A stretch of 62,892 bases of DNA, counting the filler, from Platydemus manokwari (taxonomy: Eukaryota), in NCBI GenBank assembly GCA_037951405.1. It is 6 parts of 6 records of this genome, joined end to end, with 100 filler letters (N's around TTAATTAATTAA, not from the genome) between each part and the next. Parts side by side here need not be neighbours in the genome. Positions count along the whole stretch, not along the records: positions 51,061 to 62,892 come from JBBMOY010446667.1; 5 more parts are not named here. One strand, given 5' to 3'. The first letter of the stretch is position 1; every line of letters starts with the position of its first letter. The position numbers and the translations under genes are program-made. Below, piece after piece: positions 51,945-62,892 of this stretch. Under the pieces are notes generated by a model. It ran no database searches, was not told the DNA's origin, and saw only the letters and a program-made list of their open reading frames with translations.

Positions 51945-53019
51945 GTTGATGAAGTCTTTACCATATGTCGTTCTTAAATCTATGTCACCATCTGGTTTTC
52001 TATATTTTTCTGGTTCATATTTAAATGGTTTAGTAACATCATGAAGCTTATAATCAACACGATGTGTTGTTTCATCCGATAAAGGTTTATCGATTTGAAT
52101 GAAGTGTGGTGGTGGTTTGAAACTCTTTTGAGGACAGACTTCTTTTGGGGTAAACTCTTTTCTATGAGTAGTCAATGAATCAAGTGGTACACGAGTTTGA
52201 ACATAACACGGTTTCTCTTTTTTAACTTTTGGTTCAAGCGGATGATTGACATATGATTGACGATAGTCTGTTTCTTGTGCTAATGGGTCGGTACTTTTCA
52301 TAAATGTCGTCGATGGCTTGAAATTTTTAGGCGGAGCTTGACAATGTGGTATATAATCACGTGTATAAGATGGTATACCATCGAATCTTTCGGTGTTTGG
52401 ATGATATACATCAGGAATATGCTTGACCGGTGGAGGTAAATCCCATGGTCGATAATCCCCTAATTCACTGGTTAAATTATCCATCGAAAAATTAATTAAA
52501 TTAACTTCTATTTGTTGATTCACCCTCAAACTTTGCAGGCACTTGCCTCGATGGTGCAGGCTTGGTAGAAATTGTAGGACACGATGTTTTCGGACCGAAT
52601 TCTTTTCTGTACATTGTTATATCATCAATTACACCATCTGGTTTGATATAATCTGGTGGCTTATGCTTAGGTGGTGGTTCCGCACAACGAGGAATAAAAT
52701 CAGTTCTTAAGACGAAAATTTCGTGACACTTCGAAATTTATAAAATGCTCACCGATGAGTAGTTTCGCTTGATAATGGACCTTCTCCCAACATGGGCTTA
52801 AGTATTGGTTTGTGAGACTTGGTTGGACAGACTTCGTGTGGCACATATTGAGTATTATATTCAGAAAGATTACATTTATCCCATGGTCCTGGTGGGTGTA
52901 ATTTATGTGGGCATCTATGTCTCCTTGAAATTTTTTTTCATTTAAAATATTTATATTTTTATTGACATAACTTACCCACAATTACATATTTCACAAACGC
53001 ATGGTAGTTTAGTAGACAT
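51945..53019 (-). CDS. Stabilizer of axonemal microtubules (SAXO1/2, FAM154-like), 3'-partial; exons 53019-52976, 52923-52753, 52705-52506, 52459-51945
   Basis: N-terminus MSTKLPCVCEICNCGRHRCPH. Repeated Mn-like motifs (ETTHRTDF, ESTNRRDY, PSYTRDY, ETDYRQSY, TTHRKEF, ETTHRVDY, TTYGKDF). In-phase introns of 52, 47 and 46 nt. GTGAGT donor at 51944. Confidence 0.9.
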
Positions 53020-55299
53020 TCAAAAGTGTATTTCTAACTCTGTCATTTGATTTCGTGTAATTTAAGACAACATACTTTTCAAATTTAAACAAAAAGAAAG
53101 TTGTTAAAAAAACCTTTAAAAAGAATATATTTTTAGTTATATTCCATTAATTATAACTATTTATTAAAAATTGTTTAACTTATTTGTGCCATGGTTAATG
53201 GATAATGTTTTTAATGGATAATTGTTTGAAGTAGTTGCAGTTTGGTTAGATGATAGTAAGCCATTAAGTCTATATTAATTTATTTAATAACTTATTTTTT
53301 TCAACATATTTAAAAGAAGAATCATTTTTGACTTAAAGTATTAATAAACTAAGATTTAGGTGATTTACTACTACATAGTATTAAATTTAAAAAGATTGGA
53401 AAAAAAGAGATCTAGAATAATTTTAAAAAGTACTAAAATAAATTGTATTTCTTTGTTTTCTTTAATTTTTATTTCACTGAGTAAAGGAAATTTTTTCATA
53501 ATTAAAATATTTTGTAAACAATTTGTGATATTTTTCTTATCTTTTATAATTACTAATAATTATAAATCATGATGTCAATATGATGAACTATCGTGATTTA
53601 TTTCGAAGATCAAAATAAAACAACAAATTATTTCTTATATAATTTATAGATAAATGAATTATGTTACGAAGTTGGCACACAACGGCCAAAATCTCCAAGT
53701 AAAATATTTACGTCATAAGTACTTACAATAAGTATTCAATAACAATGGAATATTAACAAATTTTCATAACTGTTATGTCAAAGTACACGTTAAACATACA
53801 TAATATATACTACATTATATAAATATAAGAATTTCTTGATTATGGATATATTAAGTAGTTGTGTAAAATTACTCGATAAATGAAGAAGCCAAATAATCTC
53901 AAGGCCTTCTAGATAATAGAAATATGCAGTGATTCAAATTTGTTATATAATTAAATTAGTTATGAGTATCTATAGCATATTTATTATATATTATTAAAAC
54001 AACATATTTTTATAATAAATATATTTTCATTAATCTAACATTACCTTCATGGTATAAATAAGTACATAGTGGTCTTCAGTGGACACTTAAGCGACATTTC
54101 TTCTTCCTCATATGTATTCTCTAATTTCTCTTTCCAAGATAATAGTGACATTTCCTAAATCTTCACGCTATATAGAATATAGGTTCATGATTTATTTTTC
54201 TAATATAGCCATAGTATCTAGAACAACCTTCGGTCTCCAATTATTTTCTAATGATTCTCTAATTTTTGTTGCAATGCATTTGAACTCTCAATCTTTCTCT
54301 TCAAAGAATAAATTCCGTATATTCAATATTTTCGCGAATATTTCCTCCTTGAATATTTTCCGATTCTCCTTCTGGTATAAAAATCTTCACTTAAGTCTAT
54401 CCTTCGTCATTTTTCATCAAATTATTGGCTGCTAGCAGTCCTAAATTCTTTTCTTTTATCAATGAATAATGATGGGTCCAACTTAGCCCATAATTTTTGA
54501 AACGCTAGTTTAGAAACCAAATATTTTAAAATTTAATGACATACTAATTTCGATAAAAATACATAATAATTAAAAAATTTAGACTACCTTAGGAAAATGG
54601 AAGAGCAAACATCAATGAATAGGTAAAAACATAAAAAAGTATTTTAAAAATATAAAAATTAAAAAAAACTAATCCCCTTAAAATAAAAATATACAAACAT
54701 TATTTTAAAATAAAATATAACAAAAATATTGTTCTAATACAGTAAATTCTTTTTGTTTACAATTTATGTAAACAATCTTATGGTTATCTAGAAAATATTC
54801 AAGGTCACAAAAAAATTTAACTCTTAATATATTTTTAGTAACTTCGTCAGTACTAAAAATAGCACAAGTCAATTTAGCAACTAAAGTACCTAAAAACAGT
54901 AGAATTCTTCTAAATTTAGACATGACGTATTAATGGTTACTAAAATTAGTAACAAAACAAAACAAAAATAATATCCATATGTATGACGTATGTGAACCAC
55001 AAAACCAGTATAAAAAGAGAACTTATTCAGTATTTTATGCTAAAACATTTATTCTCATTTAATTTAAAACATTTGATCCAAGTAAGCGAAGATTGTATCA
55101 GTTTTTTTCTAGAAAATATAGTTGCCAGTTATCATAAACGGAAATATTTTCAACACGAAGATATTCTTCAATTTGACACAGGATATATAATTTTCGGTTA
55201 TCATTCTATGATCATGGTGAGTAAATTTTATTTTTATTATTATTCGCTCACAGCTATTCCTACAATTGCCGGTTGATTTAAAATACTTATGACTCTTAT

Positions 55300-57150
55300 A
55301 TTATTTGTCACTTTCATTTTTTTATTCACAGGAGTGTCTCACCAATGGTACACATGAATCCATATACTGCAGGATCTATTCGTTAATAATAAATAATTGA
55401 GTATCTTGAGGGATTGAAAATTTGATTTGATCTATTTAATATAAGTTATTGTTCAGTAGATTTTATCTTAATAATTATTCAATATGATATATATTTTTCA
55501 GGAATTTTTACAGTCATCCCTGACTATTTATGTTCTAAATATTATCATCATTATTACCGAGCACTTCTTACGTGATTGAAAGGAGTAAATTCTGTTGGGA
55601 ATTAAATCAGAAACATTGATTATATCCGTTACTATATTATCAGTCTCCGGTTGTTTTTATCGTTATAATATAACACTAAAATCTCGATTTTATTCTATTT
55701 ATCTTATAAAATCCCAACAATGAATAATTGTTACAATTGATGATTTTTGTCCCATTTAATTTACAGTTATTTTACAATTTACAAAAATATTCACCCACTT
55801 CAGATAACGTTATATCCCCTGCCAGAATAACTTCATTATACTTATTCTCCTTCATACCACAAAGATATTTCTGAATCCCACTTTGTGACCCAATAAGGTG
55901 CCTACTCTATTTTAAAGATTTTCCAACCAATATTTTTAATACTAATGACATTCTAATATGTTGGATCACTGTTTTATCATAGCTTGGTTAGATCCTAACT
56001 TCTTTATGCCTTTCAAACATATGTCGTAAAATGCTCACCGTGATATGAAATACATCAGTAATCCTGATTATATCACATCTAATTGCACTTTATCCCCACA
56101 ATTCTATGTTATGCCGTTTGCATAGGTAATTTTTGCTTTGGGTTTGTATATATATATAAGGATTCGTTCTTACTATCTTTTGGAAAAGTCTTTTTTAATA
56201 ACGTTTAGAACCACGCTAATGTCAAATATACCCTCTACTTAGTGATCATGTACATTACATTCTATGAGAGGCTTATGATTCACTTAATCAAATCCTGACT
56301 AAGAAATTACGTACCTTAGACATTTGGTAATTCTCATATAGTTTTTACTTTTGTGCGTTTATATATTGGTCGAAAGTTTTGATCAATGCATTTGATCTCT
56401 CTTTGTTCCAGGACGTTTTGCAAACATGTCAATTTCAAGGTTATTTAAACTTTCTGCATCGATGTCCGACAAATGGTACAAATTGTCTTATTTAGAAAAG
56501 TCGTCTTCTTGTTTGAGTTACAATACACCTTTCTAAAAAATTTAATCAAGCAATTTCCAAATCAATTAAGCACTTTTTATCCTTTGGATGCCTGTCTGCA
56601 AAATCTAACAATATGATCTACCAGTTTTGTTACAGCTATGCATATTTTTCAATCGATAATTTTTTATGACTTTATCTTTGTTTCCAGGCATAGTAGTTAT
56701 CAGATGCATTCCTGTTTCTTTCTAAATTGTGAACATTTTAAATTTTAGATACCTTCCTATTGAGTAAGCCGTTCATAAAGGCGACAACCATATATTCGTC
56801 AGGCTTCTCTTTTACTGACAAATTTTTATCCATATTCTTTTACAAAATCTCTTAAATTTTCACCTTTCAATTGGTGAATATCAAATAAGTTCATTAGCTC
56901 ATCAATCTTTGAGTTTTTTCTTATTCAACAATCTGATTGCCATTACTTTTAAAGATTGAATGGACAATATAATTTAGGTCATATTTCATTTAAAATGTCT
57001 TTCTCAAAAAATTTTTGGAAGATGCAGATTTTCATCTTCTCTTTGGAATCATCATAATTAAATAAGTTAATGAAATCCATAATATTTCAACAATATTACC
57101 CAATTGTTGTTGGATTGAGTCTATCTTATATAAAAATATAAAGTTTGGCT
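55300..57150 (-). mobile_element. Highly degenerate Gypsy-like gag/pol relic
   Basis: gag-like DELMNLFDIHQLKGENLRDFVKEY and VAFMNGLLN, a knuckle remnant near 56400-56430, GHKV near 55880. Boundaries approximate. Confidence 0.45.
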
Positions 57151-58352
57151 TCTATATCCTAAAAGAAATATCGGCACAAAGATTCAAAGCTGTAAAAGAT
57201 CTTTCGAAAATTCTTCTATGTAGTATCTATCAGTTGCTTTAATTTAAATCAAAATACTAGAAGTCATCAAATTTTAAAGTTTGCTTTACTTGTGAATTGA
57301 AAATTCCAAAAGAACTATTCCATCACTTGAGATATTTTTAAAATGTTTGATGTCAATTCACCGATTGTTTCTTATTTTTTTTATATACAAATATGAAGCC
57401 ATTCATTATATTTGAGCAAAATTTTTGAAATGTATATATTTGTATTTATTTTAACTAGATTGATCGTTATTTTTTAAAACTTGTTATATAATTATACTTT
57501 TAATTTCAATTATTACCGGCAAAGTCAATTCTGATTTATATTTTAAATTGGCTGCATGAAATTTTAACAGGATTAAAACATTTCGATTTTGGAAACGTAT
57601 ATCATTCCATCAGTAGTCTGAGATGATTAATTATGACTGAAAATTTGGAAAATACATTTTTGGTATTGCGAGTGTTAAGATCAAAGGTCTCATAAACATT
57701 TTTTTTATTTATGACAAAGCATAATGAATATTTTACTAGTAGTCACGCTTAGTCAAGGTTTCAAATATGTTCCGATTTATTTCTCACCCGTTGATTTTTC
57801 AATAAACAATATTTACTTAAATATTTTAAAATAGATAATATCTAATAGTTTTTTTCATAATTACGATCTCATTTTGTTTCGAGAAGTGAAGAAACATTTT
57901 AAAACTCATAACACAAGAAGGCAACAATATAATTTTTATGATTATATAAATTTAACTGTATAAATCCATTATTAATTATTACTTTTTAGCTAAGATTTCT
58001 ATTATTATAATTACAAATTCTGTCATAAAATCAAAAGATGACGTATTAGCGATGTATATCTAGATCAGATATGGTCCGTTTACAGAACTAAATCTATTAA
58101 ATCTAACTGTAATCTAAAAGCAATCAATTGTAGACAATTCATTAAATGTCGACTCAACAAACACCCACAATTTGATAATGAGATCTTTCTAAATTTAGTA
58201 AACACGTCATTTCTATTAATAGAATATTAAATACAATCTTGAAAATTCCATTTTAAAGTTAGTTTTAGATAATTTAATTGATTAACTTATTTAAACTCTA
58301 GTTAGGTAAATAATTTTTCATTTTTTTTAATTTAACAATTTCACAAATTAAG

Positions 58353-59201
58353 ATTTATCCAACTAAATTGTCTTTACTTTTGGATTTTAATTTGAAATCA
58401 TCAGAATGTCATCTATTTCCACACACAGCCTCAATCACAAGTCCGAACCAAATCCGTCAAGGTCAATTCGACATCAATTCCGCAATCAATACTCAATATT
58501 CTACAGGACTCCTTAGCTGTTGTGGTGATATCGATCGTGCTAATGTTGCTAACAGCAACATCATTGATCATTCTATAAACTGTAGTTACAATCGTAATCC
58601 AACGTATGATGATATTGAAATTACTTCTTCTTCATCTTCGAACACATCATTCAATTGTCTCATTGATAATATTTTAAATCTCAATACCGATGAAAATGAA
58701 GTCTGTGATTTAATGAATTTGGATTTATGCTTAGACACGAATATTAATCATTTTCCTCAACAATCAAATAGAAAAGAAAAATCGACTTTGGAAAGAGGTA
58801 TCAGTCTTTTCGAAGAGCATTTACAATATTTGAAAGCCAAAGATAGCTGTGAAAATTCTGATTGTGTAAGATTATATTTATGTTTAATATAATATTATTA
58901 TTATTAATATTTTATGTAGTTTCCTTACGAAAATAATTTGGATGAAATTATTTTACCAGACGAATTAAATAATACTGATTTTCAAGTATTACTTAAAGAA
59001 TGTTACAAAAGAAATCAAAACAACGAATCCTCAAAAAGATCAAGAGCAGCTAGAAAGCGAAAATTTGAACAAATGAAAGAAGAAGCTGACATGTTAGAAA
59101 TGGAAAATTTCAATTTGAAAAGAAGAATATCAGAAATCGAATTTCTTATTGTAAATTACAACGAAAAAATCAATGGAGCGTTCTATCAAAATCCAAATTA
59201 A
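58353..59201 (+). CDS. bZIP transcription factor (PAR/C-EBP-like basic region); exons ~58353-58865 and 58920-59201, 5' end unresolved
   Basis: YKRNQNNESSKRSRAARKRK followed by heptads M-L-L-I (QMKEEADMLEMENFNLKRRISEIE). 54-nt phase-0 GT-AG intron 58866-58919. Confidence 0.82.
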
Positions 59202-62200
59202 TTTTCAATTTTTTTTCATCACTTTAGTTTTTTTCATATTAATAAAACATAACATTTTATATAAATGCTGCGAAAATGATTTTATCTTCATTGTTTATAT
59301 AATTCTAATTGATTATTTTGGAATAAACAAGCATAAATTATTAAAAATTTATTACTACCAATCAAAATTAAGAAATGACTAATAGATTACAAGATCAAAA
59401 AATTGAATAAATCTAAAATTTGAATAAATATAATTCCAGTACCAACTCGATTTTTATGTTTAATTTAAATAAAACTCATACATAATACTTTTGTATCTAT
59501 CTAATGAGTGATGAAACAGTGTAAATTTAATTGATATCCTAGGAGAAATTTTTGCAATGCCAATATCTATCTCTAATCGATTGTAAAATACTTCTTTATA
59601 AGTACATGTGCATAAAATTGCTTTGGTTGTTTCTTCAATTTTCTTTTTCACTTCTCATCGACAAAACATATGACAAGTTTAACTTCATACCACTGCACTT
59701 TGTTTGTTCTGTTAACTTTGTATCTTATGTATTCGTATCATTGTTATTTATTATCGCTACATCGGGTTGAATAACAATTTATTTTATTTGACTTGTTCTC
59801 ATAATTTTAGCTTAATTGCATTTAAATTACTGTCAATCTAATTATTGCTAAGAGTCAGATTCTCTAAAACTCAATAATTAATCTAATTGAAAATATATTC
59901 ATGTCAACTGACCAAAAAGACTCAAAATTTTAACAAAGGATAAACATTCTGACAAGCAAAACACATTATTCCATTTGACAGTTAAGGGTTTATAAATCAA
60001 CATTCTCTGATTGGACATCAGCGTTCAATCGAGACAAATCGATGGAAAAGAACGAACTAACAGATGGAACAATGAGAGTGAGGAATGAAGAAACAGCCCC
60101 ACTTAAATCCCTTAAGCAGGATTTAGAATCTCAAATAAATATAAATACAGAGTCAGCACTTAGTAGCGAATGAGTTCTGTGTAGAAATTACTAGTCTTTT
60201 ATGGTCGGTAACCTTCGTGTTTTGCTGATAGTGATCTCTTTGTTTCTCAAGGTGACTACCTTTGTTTTGTGAAGTATCTAAATTTTTATGAACTTGAATT
60301 TACTGATTTATTTTGAGTTTCAGGAAAGTGTATTTAACTTTCTATAAACTATTTTCAGGTAAAATATTGATAATTTGTGAATAATTAATAAGTGAACCCG
60401 ACTATGGAACATGAAGGTGACATCTTTTACTATTAACAATAATATCGAAAATCCTAATAAAATCCCATTAAACTCACTCTGGTACAATTGGTTTTGTTAT
60501 TAGTTGTTGGACAAGATTCTTAAGCCGATTTTGAAAGTTCAATAATTGCCAGTAGAGCACTACGACGAATACACTGTTAGATATGTCGATTTTAAGACTT
60601 ATTGTTTTGTCATAAGAATGGGCAGAACGAATAATTATTGAAAGATTGTTCTTCTATTTAAAACGAGTTTCCAGAACGAAATATAAATAAATCGTTGAAA
60701 TATCTTGGAAGAGTCAGCAATTGAAGTTCTTAACGAGAACCTTATCAGTAGAAATGTAGACATAATTATTCGAAAAAATATTTTCCCAAGAACAAAAAAA
60801 TCGAGCAAAACAATCGGAGAATTTGCTTTCCCTTATGATGTAAATCAGAAAACCTTTAGGTTCTAATGCAATATTGGTAACTCAAACATGAAAAGTTGTA
60901 GAAGATCATTTCTTGAAAGGTGTTCATAAACATATGGGAGTTGTTCTGAGTTCATCTGATTATGCAAAATAAGACCAACTAAAAGTTAATGATTGTCAAC
61001 ATGAAATGTGTATTCATTTTTTGCTTACCTAAAAATTACGTGATGGAAGTTAGTGAAGCATAAATACCACCTTCAATATCATTACAAAACAGTGAGACCT
61101 AGAAATTTAAGCAAGGTATCCAATAGTATATTTTGAAATCTCAGAAAATACTGGTAAACTACTCACCAAAAAACCACCAACCAGTTACATATTTTAAATG
61201 ACTCCGAATTGGTCATCACTCCAATAACTTAAGAAATCAAAAAGTTTTTATTGACTCAAAAATAAACCTCAAATTCCAGACCAAATAACTCAACAATCAA
61301 CCAGTTACGGACTTATTTCAAATGCAATAGGAGAGAACAAGAGGCACCAAATTACAAAATGACATAAGTGATTGATTTAACGAGTTCTGACTCCAGAGGA
61401 GTTATTTATTTATCTAGGACCGTATTTTCCGGACTATTAGGCTGTTTTATATATTATTTTTTTATAATGTATAACTCCTGCGATAAAGGTGATTAAAGTA
61501 GATCATGATGAATTATAAATTCAGCACCAGTAAATTTGTTTATAAATCCACATTGATACAATAAATCATCAGTTAATTTAAAATACACATTCGTATACAT
61601 TATGTTACACTAACGAGATGGAGAAGAACAAAAATGTTTTATTGTTGTTAATATAAAGCCCAATTGTGATGCTATGAACTAGAATGTAATTTACAAAAAT
61701 CCTTAAAAACCGTAAATATTCAGATTAAATATGAAATTTTTATAAAAATCCCTATTAAACAGTATTTTAAAATATCAAAAATTGGCAAATTAAGGTTCAA
61801 AGGTCGATAAGCAAGTTTATTCATTTTTCATTCCACAATGTAATCGGTGAATGACAATCACATGATAACAACCATCACTTGTAAATGGTCTGAGGTTAAA
61901 CTATTGCGGTATTAATTTTATTGGTAATTGTAAATGTTAATTTTTATCATTGATTTTATATTTTCAAGGTCACTTGACATCACCAACATCACCAACTAGT
62001 TACAAAAATATTAAACATTATGCTGGTATGACTTTGAAATAAATTCTCATTTCTGATATTGAAACAAAAAATTACGCTTTTACACTATTATGTTTAGTAA
62101 CATTTGTGAGTCATTGGCTCACCTGGCCACGATGGCGAGATCATCACCATAACCTTTCGACCATATTTTAATAATTAGAGCTCCATCATAAATTAATCAG

Positions 62201-62892
62201 TTTCAATGACCTCTTGATCGAGTGTGTATTCACTCTTTTGGCTGAGATCCAAGATATCTGATGAAATGAAAGTTGTGCTTCAGTTTTCAGAGAGTTCACA
62301 CTAATGCAATTAAAACAATAGATGAATAGAGTTACTTACCTTTGAATGTCAACTTTTAAAAATTTGAAATCACAACTCTTAAATTCGCCATGATATTCCC
62401 TCAATTCCAATTATTTTAAATTCCAATAGAATCGCTTTGTTCTATTGAAATAAATTTCGTTAATTCTAGAATAATTAATAGAAATTTATGAAATCTGCAA
62501 TGATTGTGACCACACCTGATTTTTAGAATGAAATTTTACTAGAAATAGATATCTTTTTAATCATTATAGCGCATAATTCGTTGCAACAATTGTTGAAAGC
62601 ACCAACATATGACGATGAAATTTAGGAATAAATGTTATAAAAAGAAAAATTAGAAGTTTCAAATTACGTTATTCACTCAGAAATTTTACGATAATGGGTT
62701 CATTTTAGACTAAATTTTGAAACCAATATTTGAATGCACTATTGTTGAATTTGAGATTCAACAAGTCACTAGAAGCACGAAATTAGGTATAATAATATCT
62801 GAATCCAAATGACTGAACTTTTCGAGTCTGATTATGATGTTGATGTGATATCAGAAATATTGTAGAATAAAGATGAATGTCACAAAAAATAC

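Noticed and set aside
53360-55276. Short F/I/L/K-rich ORFs here and elsewhere in the track
   Set aside because: Composition expected of random AT-rich DNA or antisense TE relics.
59900-62400. Possible LTR-like or ORF relics (also 6100-6600, 16900-17600, 26400-26850, 36100-36700)
   Set aside because: Only short shared words and no diagnostic motif or boundary, so they cannot be supported by eye.

Overview
AT-rich eukaryotic (animal) genomic DNA. A planarian flatworm is my inference from the 43-54 nt introns, the TRAF/MATH gene and the Chapaev3, mariner and Gypsy load. The window consists of six segments of about 9-12 kb joined by an identical artificial linker (N44-TTAATTAATTAA-N44), so adjacency across linkers is not evidence of linkage. 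Host genes, spliced and reconstructed by hand, mostly partial: cytochrome-b5/fatty-acid-desaturase-like 5' end, KIAA2013 3' end, a ZDHHC palmitoyltransferase, a coiled-coil+MATH TRAF-like gene, a SAXO/FAM154 gene and a bZIP factor. The rest is largely transposon: piggyBac-like and Tc2/pogo-like MITEs, a decayed Chapaev3, a decayed mariner, a hAT end and several Ty3/Gypsy relics. The most unusual observation is two diverged Gypsy elements (37.3-41.5 kb minus; 41.8-45.2 kb plus) with a shared non-standard 3' architecture. In the plus copy, pol runs in-frame into a signal-like peptide, an FN3-like ectodomain and a transmembrane anchor; the minus copy retains only a transmembrane tail at this position. 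Both then have an AT-rich spacer, a splice acceptor and a mutually homologous third ORF of unknown function. The plus copy ends in an array of hairpins.
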